Positions 1-8,906 of a stretch of DNA of 64,000 nucleotides are shown piece after piece (positions within the stretch are counted from its first letter, which is position 1; each line of letters begins with the position of its first letter). The notes below the pieces were generated by a model. It searched no databases. It saw only the letters and a list, made by a program, of their open reading frames with translations, and was not told where the DNA came from. A program made the translations under genes and the position numbers. The DNA is from Syntrophorhabdaceae bacterium (GTDB lineage: Bacteria > Desulfobacterota > Syntrophorhabdia > Syntrophorhabdales > Syntrophorhabdaceae), in assembly GCA_963665295.1 (NCBI GenBank), contig OY762209.1, positions 288,001 through 352,000 on the forward strand, in the 5' to 3' direction.

Positions 1-1608
1 CATCCTGCACCGGTTTTTGCATCGGGTCCCCAGTGCGGCAAGGAGGGTACGGAAGCTCTGGACGGGAAGGCCGTCAGGGGTGAGCTTGGTGGTCTTCTTT
101 TTCTTTGCGGAAGAAGATGACTCCGCGGGCTTTACCGGGTCTCTCGTCGTTCGTGAGAGGGGAAGCTCCTCATCGTCGAAGAGCAGCGGCGTAAGGGCCT
201 CCCTCATATGCCACTCTACGTAATAGGCGAGGGTGCAGAGAAAGATGTGGGCTCGCACGTGATCCTCGGTACGGTGGTGAATGGGACGGACGAGAAGATC
301 GATGCCCTTCAAGGTCCTGAAGGCCCGCTCTACCCGGGCAAGGTTCTTGTAGTTCCGTACCACATCGGCGGGAGGAAGGGCTGGTTCACTCGTACGGATC
401 ACATAGATCCCGTCGAGGGCTTCTTCTTCGGTGATTGACTCCTCGTTCCGGGCGAATGAGAAGGACCCGTCTCCGATGGTAAGGATAAAGTGCTTCGCCA
501 TCTTGTGATCGTTGACTACCGCGCCGACTTTCTTCCCTATCTCCGCTGCGGAAAGAGGCGTCCTTGTCCTTCTCCCGACCGCCCGTACAATGGAGGACAA
601 CTTCTTTTCCGTCACATCGAGGAGCGCGTTTCTTTTCCTCTTTCTCTCTTCGGCAAGAAGGGGGTTGAAGCAAGCGATGAGCCTTTCCCCCGGATACTCG
701 GGAGAGGTGATTTCCGCAAAGTCCTGGGTATCGAAGAGGGACATCTGGATGCTCCCCTGTCCCACAAGCTCGCGTATGGCGGAAGACCTGAGGGCCGATA
801 TCCACCCTATGCCGGGCATCTCCTTTATCTTTGTAATCTGTGTCTCCGTAAGCATGCCCCTGTCGCCCACGAGGACGAGGTGATCGAGACCGAATCTTTC
901 TTTGAGCTTTGCCGTCTGGTCGGGAATGGTAGAGGGATCGCCCGTATTCCCCGGATAGACGGTAACTGCAACAGGTCGGCCTTCGTGATCGGTGAGTACT
1001 CCATAGACGATGATCCTCTTTCCCTTTTCATCCCGGTCATGGCCGAACTGCGCAAGGGGACAGGTGTGGCCCTCGTAGTAACTGCTCGTCACATCGTAGA
1101 GCACGAGCGAGCCCTCGGTAAGGTGCTTATTCGCCAGCTTCTTCTCGATCCGCTCCTGTCTTGCCAAAAGCCAGTCCAGGGCATCATAGAGTTCGTCCTC
1201 ATCGGCATCTGCAACCGAGAGTTCCTCCGCCACCGAAGTAGTATGCCAGAGCCTCGTAGTTGCTAATTTCGATGAGGGGTGGATGAGGCGTTCCACGATC
1301 ATGGCGATTACGAGGTCTCTCTCCCTTCCAGGCTTCGAGGCAATGACCGTATCAAGGCCAAGCTTCTTTATTGTCCCGAGTATGGCCTCCACATGGCCGT
1401 GGGGGAGAGACTGCTCAACCTTAAAGGCTTCCTTCGGAGAGACGAGAGACTCCCCTTTCAATACACGCCTCAAGAGCTCGATCTTCTCTTCCGGCCAATC
1501 AGTGAGGTTTGCGACTGTCTTCTTCTTTATCTTTTTGCCTTCCCTCCATGCCTCCCTCAAGAGGATGGCGGGCCGGGAGTTGCGGTTGGGGATGCTTTCG
1601 ATGTACAT
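1..1608 (-). CDS. IS1634-family DDE transposase (3' end runs off the window)
   Basis: The minus-strand frame is open from ATG 1608 (MYIESIPNRNSRPAILLREAWREGKKIKKKTVANLT) to position 1. It contains LYDVTSSYYEG, VGDRGM, YKNLARVERAFRTLK and HVRAHIFLC motifs typical of IS1634. It is absent from the ORF track because it has no stop codon in the window. Confidence 0.9.
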   Translation of the reverse strand, partial: MYIESIPNRNSRPAILLREAWREGKKIKKKTVANLTDWPEEKIELLRRVLKGESLVSPKEAFKVEQSLPHGHVEAILGTIKKLGLDTVIASKPGRERDLVIAMIVERLIHPSSKLATTRLWHTTSVAEELSVADADEDELYDALDWLLARQERIEKKLANKHLTEGSLVLYDVTSSYYEGHTCPLAQFGHDRDEKGKRIIVYGVLTDHEGRPVAVTVYPGNTGDPSTIPDQTAKLKERFGLDHLVLVGDRGMLTETQITKIKEMPGIGWISALRSSAIRELVGQGSIQMSLFDTQDFAEITSPEYPGERLIACFNPLLAEERKRKRNALLDVTEKKLSSIVRAVGRRTRTPLSAAEIGKKVGAVVNDHKMAKHFILTIGDGSFSFARNEESITEEEALDGIYVIRTSEPALPPADVVRNYKNLARVERAFRTLKGIDLLVRPIHHRTEDHVRAHIFLCTLAYYVEWHMREALTPLLFDDEELPLSRTTRDPVKPAESSSSAKKKKTTKLTPDGLPVQSFRTLLAALGTRCKNRCRM

Positions 1609-1760
1609 GGAACATATATAGCAAATAGCTTACCTACATGTCAAGTACATAATGCACTATTACATGGCAACAAGTAGAAGATATGATTATCACCAACTTT
1701 ACATAATTTCAACAGGATAGAGTGATATTGGGGGGATTTCACAGGGGGAACTTCGGCCTA
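1..1760 (-). mobile_element. IS1634-family insertion sequence; upstream end estimated near 1745-1762, other end outside the window
   Basis: Transposase plus an AT-rich leader (1610-1730). The end position is a guess because the partner terminus is not visible. Confidence 0.65.
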
Positions 1761-1866
1761 GCAGGGATACAGGGTCCCCCACGACAAAGAAAGCCTCTCG
1801 TCATAGATTCACCATAATATTTTGAACGATTTATTTGCCTGACGGTGGAAATATCAGAGGATAACA

Positions 1867-1943
1867 TGGGGTGGATGAGGGGATTCGAACCCCCAACCCC
1901 TGGGTCCACAGCCTAGTGCTCTGACCATTGAGCTACACCCACC
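1867..1943 (-). tRNA. tRNA-His (GTG)
   Basis: Reverse complement reads GGTGGGTGTAGCTCAATGGTCAGAGCACTAGGCTGTGGACCCAGGGGTTGGGGGTTCGAATCCCCTCATCCACCCCA. It has the G-1/C73 pair, GTG anticodon, GTTCGAAT T-loop and encoded CCA, with one A-C mismatch in the anticodon stem. Confidence 0.96.
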
Positions 1944-2077
1944 ACGTGTGTCTTTATTTAGCACGATAACACCGAAAAGTCAATTACTACCACAGCATCA
2001 GAGCGGACGGGACGATAAAGGAGTAACGAAGGCGTTCAGCCTCGGTATGTATGCCACCACCTTACGAAGTTAATAAA

Positions 2078-2236
2078 CTACCCCGCCGCAAGGAGCGGGA
2101 TATTAGAAAAGCATTGGCTGCCGGTCCTTGTGTAATTTAGGTGATGCTTTTGATGATCGATACTATCCTCGTTATGCTGTGTGTTGGGACAGACTGCACG
2201 AGAAAATGCACATGGTCCTTGTCCGCGCCGATTTCC
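2078..2236 (-). pseudogene. tnpA: IS200/IS605-family TnpA (Y1 HUH) remnant with end-type hairpin
   Basis: Minus strand 2236-2138 reads EIGADKDHVHFLVQSVPTHSITRIVSIIKSIT*, which includes the HUH motif DHVH. The hairpin TACCCCGCCGCAAGGAGCGGGATA lies at ~2079-2102. Confidence 0.75.
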
Positions 2237-2473
2237 GAAGATTCACATGGTATATGAGTACGGTGACATTGTGGCTCATGTGTACGTATTCACCCACTCA
2301 CGCTCTACGCGGCAGGCGGTGGGGAAATTCAACCCGGGGGGGGTTAAGAGTTTCCTCCTCTTCAAAACGGACCTGCCTATGAGAGTTGCCGGATTTCCAT
2401 ACCTGGAACATCGTAATGTTTGCCCCCGGCGACCATTGTTCTTTTCAACATAAACAATTGAAGCCGGGCGGAA

Positions 2474-2612
2474 TAGGCGGCCGCACGGGGCGGACACTTC
2501 AGATAGGTCGGGCTGTGAAGGGAGGTAGAGCGTCGGCGTATACTCATACGCCAGAGCACGCCTCCCTTTGCAGAGTGGCCTATATGGAGCGTTCGTTCCG
2601 TGCGGCCGCCTA
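2474..2612. repeat. Long imperfect palindromic dispersed repeat, copy 1
   Basis: Bounded by a perfect 15-bp inverted repeat, TAGGCGGCCGCACGG (2474-2488) / CCGTGCGGCCGCCTA (2598-2612). It is an inverted homolog of 20046-20182. Confidence 0.85.
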
Positions 2613-2712
2613 AGGACTTGCGTTACGGAAGCAATTTACCCCAGCGCTTCGCCCAACCACGCTCCAACACACCTCTCATCAACCGGCCAAAGTACTCGAC
2701 AGCGCCTCGTAA

Positions 2713-2741
2713 TTGACAAGCCTTTGCGCCGTACCTACATT
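2713..2741 (+). promoter_or_regulatory. sigma70-type promoter for the cytochrome/rhodanese unit
   Basis: TTGACA (2713-2718)-N17-TACATT (2736-2741), then GAGGA RBS at 2751-2755 before GTG 2760. Confidence 0.65.
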
Positions 2742-2759
2742 ATCTGATTAGAGGAACCT

Positions 2760-4001
2760 GTGAAAACTGCGCTCATTTCAGCCATTGTCATCGCATTTAC
2801 CACACTGCTCCTTGCTCCGGGAGTCTCCTATGCGGCCACAGGCAGTTGCGTCGCCTGCCACACGGACGAGGCTATGCTCAAATCCCTTTTCAAGCCCGCC
2901 GCCATAGAAGGCGAAGGTGAAGGGTGAGCGGGTCCTCCTCCGCCAGTTAAGGCGGAAGAGATGTACAAGGGCTTTCTCGTTGACAAAAAACTCCTGGCCG
3001 ACGATCCCCATGTCAGCCAGGGATGCATCGCCTGCCACAAGGGCGATGAAAAATCAAAGACCAAAGACGGGGCGCACAAGGGCATGACCTCCCGGCCGTC
3101 GGACAATCCCGCAGTCTGCGCAACCTGCCATGATCAGATTGCGAAGAACTACGGAAAATCCCTCCACTATACCACTGCCGGTCTCAGGACGGGCGTATCG
3201 GGAAGGTTCTCGGAAGCGGAGAAAAAGCTCTTCACCGAAAAGGTATTCGAAAAGTCATGCCGCTCCTGTCACGCCTCATGCGGCGACTGCCACGTCAAGG
3301 TGCCCGCCACCACAGGGGTCAACCCCGGTCTTATAAAGGGTCACGCCTTCGTCAAACGGGACGAGGGTAAGACGTGCGCCATATGCCACGGCGGCAGGGT
3401 CTACCCCGAGTACACGGGTGACTATGGGGGAAGCCCTGACGTCCACTACCAGAAGGGCATGCTTTGCATGGACTGCCACAAGGTGGCCGGGATGCACGGC
3501 AACGGCACGGCCTACGCCTCAAAGCAGGAGGTCAGGGAGAGACCGGCCTGCATCGCCTGTCACAAGAAAGGACAGGAGAAGAGCGAAAAGGCGCGCACTT
3601 CCCACGCAACGCACATGGACAAGGTAAGTTGCCAGGCCTGCCATAGCTCCGCGCCTTACCGGAATTGCTATGACTGCCATATGGGCAAGGGCGCACAATC
3701 CAAGCCCGGGTTCTTCCTCGGCCTCAACCCCCGGAACAAGGGGCAGATCACCACATTGCGCCTCATCCCGGCTGTTCGCGACACATTCAAGAGCGTGGGG
3801 ATCGGGATGGCCCACTTCGACAATCTCCCCAACTATTGGAATACATCGCCCCACAATATAAGGAAGCGTACGGAGCAGACCCGTTCATGCGACGTCTGCC
3901 ACGAGGAAAAGAAGGGATTTCTCACAAAGGAATCACTCGTCAAGGATGGTTCCAAAGCCAATGACAGCTTGATTTTTCTCCCGAAACCGCTCGGGAAGTA
4001 G
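2760..4001 (+). CDS. Periplasmic 11-heme c-type cytochrome, probable selenoprotein (U56; TGA at 2925-2927)
   Basis: The GTG start with RBS gives a signal peptide (MKTALISAIVIAFTTLLLAPGVSYA), CVACH, then EGEGEG-TGA-AGPPPP in frame with the 346-aa ORF 2961-4001 that carries 10 more CxxCH motifs. A SECIS-like hairpin lies at 2935-2960. Confidence 0.82.
2935..2960 (+). promoter_or_regulatory. Putative bacterial SECIS element
   Basis: CTCCTCCGCC-AGTTAA-GGCGGAAGAG pairs 9 of 10 bp. The 6-nt loop has G at its second position and starts 17 nt after the UGA. Confidence 0.7.
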
Positions 4002-4062
4002 AAAAATACAGGGGGTCCCTCCGGCGGCGGGACCCCGAATACATCAAATATGGGAGGGCAAT

Positions 4063-4977
4063 ATGAAGCGCACAAGAATCCTGGTAATGGCATTTGCGAT
4101 CATCTTTCTGGCTGCTCTCGCGGCTCCTGCCCTTGTGGGCGCAAGAGATATAACCCCGATTGTTTCACTCGACTGGCTGGAGAAGAACCTCGGCAACCCC
4201 AAGGTCAGGATAATCGATATCAGGAAGGTGGAGGAGTACAGGGCCGGCCACGTGCCCAACGCCCTCAACGTCTTTTACGGGACCTGGGCCGTAGCGAAAA
4301 AGGGCCTCGCCAACGAACTTCCCGAGGCTGACGACCTTGTGGACGCCATAAGCTCCGCCGGCATAGCCCCTGATTCGTGGGTGATCCTCACAGGCAGCGC
4401 GGACGCCCTTCCCGACAGGATGCGTCTCACCAGGGTAGCCTGGACCCTCGCCTATGCGGGGATTGCCAACGTGGCGATCCTTGACGGCGGATACGGCAAA
4501 TGGGTGGCCGCCAAAAAACCCGTATCGACCGACCTCGTAAGGCCCGTCGCCGCTGCGTTCAAGCCCGACTGGAACAAAAGGCTTCTCGTCGCAAGGGATG
4601 GCCTGATCTCGGATATGGGCAAGGCCATACTGGTGGACGCGAGATTGCCCGATGCCTATTTCGGAGTGACAAAACTCGATATTACGGCCCGTTACGGCCA
4701 CATAAAGTCCGCCCTCTGCCTGCCCTCGGCCTGGCTCTACGGGAAGGACAACACCTTTATCTCCAAGGGCGATCTCGAAGCCATGGCCACGGGCGTGGTG
4801 GGCAACGACAAATCGAAAGAGGTCATCGTGTATTGTGACACCGGCCTCGTGGCGAGCGGGTGGTGGTACGTGCTGAGCGAGGTCCTCGGTTACAAGAACG
4901 TGAGATTATACGACGGCTCCTCCCAGGAATGGGCCAAAGACCCGAACATGCCCATGACCATATTCAGTTGGAAATAG
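4063..4977 (+). CDS. Secreted tandem-domain rhodanese / sulfurtransferase
   Basis: Signal peptide, IIDIR..EY.AGHVPNA, ILDGG, GHIKSA, active-site loop YCDTGLVAS and the C-terminal YDGSSQEW signature. Confidence 0.92.
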   Translation: MKRTRILVMAFAIIFLAALAAPALVGARDITPIVSLDWLEKNLGNPKVRIIDIRKVEEYRAGHVPNALNVFYGTWAVAKKGLANELPEADDLVDAISSAGIAPDSWVILTGSADALPDRMRLTRVAWTLAYAGIANVAILDGGYGKWVAAKKPVSTDLVRPVAAAFKPDWNKRLLVARDGLISDMGKAILVDARLPDAYFGVTKLDITARYGHIKSALCLPSAWLYGKDNTFISKGDLEAMATGVVGNDKSKEVIVYCDTGLVASGWWYVLSEVLGYKNVRLYDGSSQEWAKDPNMPMTIFSWK

Positions 4978-5168
4978 GTTAGCCCATATGCCGGGCGGGC
5001 AACAGGTCCGCCCGGCGCCTTATCCGTTCCGTCCCCTGCCCTCTGCACATATCCAATCCACGGCATTCACCGGGCCACCCGGCATGCTCCCCGTTGGTGC
5101 GCCGCAAAAGGGCCTTGTCCACGGGAAAAGCGCTTCTCTGGAGAAGGATGGCCCTCACGAGCGGGGCA

Positions 5169-6437
5169 TTAACCGAGGATACAGTGAGTCCGCGTCGCGG
5201 CATAGGCCCTGACCCTCGCCTCCAACCAGTTTTCCAGGCCTTTGGCGAGATAGAACCTGGGGAAGAGCAGGTCGTCTTCAGGTCCTATGACCCCTTCCTC
5301 CCGCGCCTGATCGGCCAGGCGGGTATGGGGATAGATCCGGATACCGGCGCTCACCTTCAGGGCTTCGAGGTCAAGGGAGTCGGCAAAGGCAAGGCTTTCT
5401 TCCACGGACTCCCGCGTCTCGCCCGGACCGCCAAGAAGGAGGAACCCCATGCGCCGGATGGACCGTTCCTTGAGGACCCGGCAGGTGTGCATGATATCTT
5501 CGCGGCCGAACCGCTTGTTCATGGCCCGCAGCATCCTCTCGCATCCGCTCTCGAAACCTACGGCCGCCTCCACGCAACCCGATTCAGCCATGGCATCGGC
5601 CAGGGATTCATCCATCCTGAACGGATATACTATGGAGTGCCACCGGACCCCGAGGTCGGCGCGGGCAAGCTCGCGGCACAATTCCTTTGCATAGGAGGCA
5701 GGCAGGTTAAAGGTGTTGTCCACGAAGTAGAACCGGCGGACACCGGTGCCCGCCCACAGGGCGATCCATTTCACCACCTCTTCGGGAGACCTTTTGCGGA
5801 TAGCCGCCCCTTCGATGGCGGCAGTGGAGCAGTAGGAGCACCTCATGGGGCAGCCGCGCCTGGTCTGGACAGGGAAGATTGCGTCGGCCGGGGCGGGAAC
5901 ATGGAGAAGACCGGGACCCGGAAGAGGAACCTGGTCAAGGACCTTCACGGAAGCCCGGCCCCGGCCGCCGTGTTCCCTCAGATAAAGCCCCGGTATCCCC
6001 GCGAGGGGCACCTTCCGCTCCAGCCTGTCCACGATCATGGTGAAGACCTCTTCTCCCGCTCCCAGGACGCCCATGTCGGCCCTGGAGCGGTGGAGTATCT
6101 CTTGCGGAAACATGCTGTAGCCCGCGCCGCCCAGTACAATGGGGGCTTCCGTGAGGTTCCGCACCTCGTCTATGACCGCCAGGGCCTCCAGGACAAAGAC
6201 CCGGGGCGAAACCATGTTCTGGTCGTCTATATTGCGAATCGAAAGACCAATCACATGAGGCATAAATCCACGGACCGCTTCGGAAAGAGCGTCCCGTGTC
6301 TCCCCGGCCTCTATGAGATCGAGTATCCGCACCGCGTGACCTGCCCGGCCGATTGTCTCTCCCACGCAGCTGAGGCCGAGAGGGATGGCGCGCATGTTGG
6401 TTTCCGTCCGGTTCGCCGAGATGAGGAGAACTCTCAT
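5169..6437 (-). CDS. B12-binding radical SAM protein
   Basis: N-terminal cobalamin-binding region (PLGL..., IGLSIRNIDD, VLGGAGYS), QTRRGCPMRCSYC and FVDNTFN. Start taken at MRVLLIS. Confidence 0.9.
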   Translation of the reverse strand: MRVLLISANRTETNMRAIPLGLSCVGETIGRAGHAVRILDLIEAGETRDALSEAVRGFMPHVIGLSIRNIDDQNMVSPRVFVLEALAVIDEVRNLTEAPIVLGGAGYSMFPQEILHRSRADMGVLGAGEEVFTMIVDRLERKVPLAGIPGLYLREHGGRGRASVKVLDQVPLPGPGLLHVPAPADAIFPVQTRRGCPMRCSYCSTAAIEGAAIRKRSPEEVVKWIALWAGTGVRRFYFVDNTFNLPASYAKELCRELARADLGVRWHSIVYPFRMDESLADAMAESGCVEAAVGFESGCERMLRAMNKRFGREDIMHTCRVLKERSIRRMGFLLLGGPGETRESVEESLAFADSLDLEALKVSAGIRIYPHTRLADQAREEGVIGPEDDLLFPRFYLAKGLENWLEARVRAYAATRTHCILG

Positions 6438-6507
6438 GGTAATAATTGTACCATCAAAGGGCCCTTTTTGTTCCAGGGAAAGATACCGGGGCGGACATGG
6501 TGTCCGG

Positions 6508-7878
6508 TCAGCGGAGGTTGCCCCTCGTAAGGGACGCAAAGGTCCCTCCCACGCACAGGACGGCGAAGATCCCGAAGATGAGCTTCGTGCTCTTCATGAG
6601 AAGTCCGTAGTATGGGGGTGAAATGGCGACCCTGCCGATAAGGAGTGCAAAAACGAGCATGGCAATGCCCATACTCACCATCTGGCCGATGAGACGCATG
6701 GTCGCAAGGGTGGACGATGCAATACCGTAGAACCGGCTCTCCACAGAAGACATGATGGCATTCGTATTGGGAGAGGAAAAGAGGGCGAAACCGAAACCGA
6801 GTATCACCAGGCTCGTCACGATGAAGGCAAGGGGCGTGTCGGCGTTCACCAGCGCGAGGAGAAGGAGACCCGTCGCGGTAATGGCCATTCCGGCGGACGC
6901 CACGAGCCTCGGCTCGACCCTGTCCGAAAGCCTGCCTGCAAGAGGCGAGAAGGCCGCCTGCACAAGGGGCTGCGACACAAGAACGATGCCCGCCGCCTGG
7001 GGAGTGAACCCCCTTATGTACTGAAGGTAGAGGCTCAGGAGAAAGCCTATGGCGAAGGTTGCGCTGTAGTTGATGAGGGCCGCCACGTTCGAGAGGGTAA
7101 AAACCTTGTTGGTCATGAAGATCCTCACTTCGAGGACCGGGTTTTTACTCTTCAGCTCCCACCCCACGAAGGCCGTCGCAGCCAACGCCCCGAAGAAAAC
7201 GAAGATAAACCCCGCAATTGACGGAAGGCAGGATACCCCGTACATGACAAGAAGGAGGGCCAGGGCATAGATACAGGAACCCGTGAAATCGAAAGATTCT
7301 CCTTCAGCCTCAGCCTTTTCCCGCCTCAGTTTCCTGATGCTCAGGAACACCACGAAGAGGCCGAGAGGCACGTTGAAGAGGAAGACGCTCCTCCATCCCG
7401 CCTGCTGTGTCAGGATGCCCCCGATAAAGGGTCCACAGGAAAGGCCGAGGTAGACGGCGGCGATATTGATGCCCAGCGCCTGCCCCCTTTCACCGGGGGG
7501 ATAGGCGGAGGTCAGGATGGCCACGCCCGTGCCGAACACCATGGCCGCCCCCACCCCCTGGAAAGCCCGGAAAAGGATGAGGGCGCCCGCCGACGGCGCG
7601 AGGCCAAGACAGAGGGATGACACGCTGAAGACCCACATGCCGTAGATGAAGATCCTTCTCCGCCCGAAAATATCCGCAATCCGGCCGAAGGGCACGAGGA
7701 ACATGGCTGCGGCAAGGAGGTAGGTGGTGGCCACCCAGTTGAGGGCGATGGCGTTCATAGAGAACTCCCTGCTGATGGTGGGAAGGGCCACATTGACGGT
7801 AGCCAGGGAAAGGGGTGTGAGGAAAGAGGAGACAGTAGTCACTACGAGCACGGATTTCTTGTTGTTTTCTTCTGTCAT
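6508..7878 (-). CDS. MFS drug:H+ antiporter (DHA2/EmrB-like)
   Basis: VNVALPTI, motif A GRIADIFGRRR, RAFQGVGAA and many transmembrane segments. Confidence 0.92.
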   Translation of the reverse strand: MTEENNKKSVLVVTTVSSFLTPLSLATVNVALPTISREFSMNAIALNWVATTYLLAAAMFLVPFGRIADIFGRRRIFIYGMWVFSVSSLCLGLAPSAGALILFRAFQGVGAAMVFGTGVAILTSAYPPGERGQALGINIAAVYLGLSCGPFIGGILTQQAGWRSVFLFNVPLGLFVVFLSIRKLRREKAEAEGESFDFTGSCIYALALLLVMYGVSCLPSIAGFIFVFFGALAATAFVGWELKSKNPVLEVRIFMTNKVFTLSNVAALINYSATFAIGFLLSLYLQYIRGFTPQAAGIVLVSQPLVQAAFSPLAGRLSDRVEPRLVASAGMAITATGLLLLALVNADTPLAFIVTSLVILGFGFALFSSPNTNAIMSSVESRFYGIASSTLATMRLIGQMVSMGIAMLVFALLIGRVAISPPYYGLLMKSTKLIFGIFAVLCVGGTFASLTRGNLR

Positions 7879-7898
7879 TCCCGTCGTCTGCCTGCCCG

Positions 7899-8906
7899 TT
7901 ATTCCTCTCTGTTGTACCCCGTGACAATGTAGCGCGTAACCTTGTCGAAGAAATAGACGAGCCTCTCCCCAAGCTCGCACATGCGGTATATGTCTACCGC
8001 CCTCTCCCGTGCGCCGAGAGAGTAGGTAAACATCCAGATATGCTTCTTGAGGATACTCATGGAGCCCAGCAGCTCCACAACGGGAATCCTGTCCTCGCGC
8101 CTCCGGGAACCGAGGTCAATGTAAAAGGCCTTGAGCTCGTTTTCGTCCTTTTTCCCCTTCAGCCACGCTCCGAACTGGCTGAATATGGAGATGGCCCTCC
8201 CTGCCAGCTCGTTCCTGTCAAACCGGTGATAGGACATGGTCGAAGGGTTGGTGGTGATGTCGTCGAGCCAGAGGTCTATGATCCTCCCGGCATTGGTCTC
8301 CACCACCTGGACCAGTTCATCCGAAAGGAGGGACCCCGGACGGATGGTCTTGTCCTTTACCGTCCCCTCGATAAGGGTTTCGAAGGAATCGTGCATCTTC
8401 CAGAGGTCCTTCTTGAGATTCACAAACTTCTTCACCGCCACTTCCTGGGAATCGAAGGCGAGCCTCGGAAGGCTTCTCACCGGAAAATACCGGCATTCAA
8501 CGGCGTCATCCCCTGCCGCCTCTTCGCCGCCGATCTTCTCCGCCTCGAAGGTCACTATGAGCAAATCGCCGTAAAGGGGGTTCTTGTGGGAGCTCACATC
8601 TACAAGCTGAATTATCCTACCCGCGATACCCGTTTCTTCCCGGAGTTCCCTGAGGGCGGCATCTTCTATGCTCTCCCCTGTTTCGGCAAAGCCGATGGGG
8701 CAGCACCACATGTCCTTGAAAGGCTCCCTGGCCCTCTTTACGAGTATGATCTCGCGGTCGCGGTTAGGCAGGATTACGGACGCCACGGGCAAGGGGTTTT
8801 CGTAATAGACCTCTCCACAGGTCTTGCACAACTGCCTCTCCTTGCCCTCGTGGATGTCCACTTCGAGGGTCTCGCCGCACACGTTGCAGAATATCTTCAA
8901 CTTCAC
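7899..8906 (-). CDS. NUDIX hydrolase with N-terminal Zn ribbon and an extra helical C-terminal domain
   Basis: CNVCG...CKTCG...YENP, Nudix box GFAETGESIEDAALRELREETG and LAFD. Confidence 0.88.
   Translation of the reverse strand: MKLKIFCNVCGETLEVDIHEGKERQLCKTCGEVYYENPLPVASVILPNRDREIILVKRAREPFKDMWCCPIGFAETGESIEDAALRELREETGIAGRIIQLVDVSSHKNPLYGDLLIVTFEAEKIGGEEAAGDDAVECRYFPVRSLPRLAFDSQEVAVKKFVNLKKDLWKMHDSFETLIEGTVKDKTIRPGSLLSDELVQVVETNAGRIIDLWLDDITTNPSTMSYHRFDRNELAGRAISIFSQFGAWLKGKKDENELKAFYIDLGSRRREDRIPVVELLGSMSILKKHIWMFTYSLGARERAVDIYRMCELGERLVYFFDKVTRYIVTGYNREE

Noticed and set aside
490..1677. Plus-strand ORFs 490-1266 and 1279-1677
   Set aside because: They are antisense to the IS1634 transposase.
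4012..4036. GGGGTCCC/GGGACCCC hairpin between the cytochrome and rhodanese genes as a terminator
   Set aside because: There is no U-tract on the plus strand. It could be a stabilising or processing hairpin, but that is unsupported.
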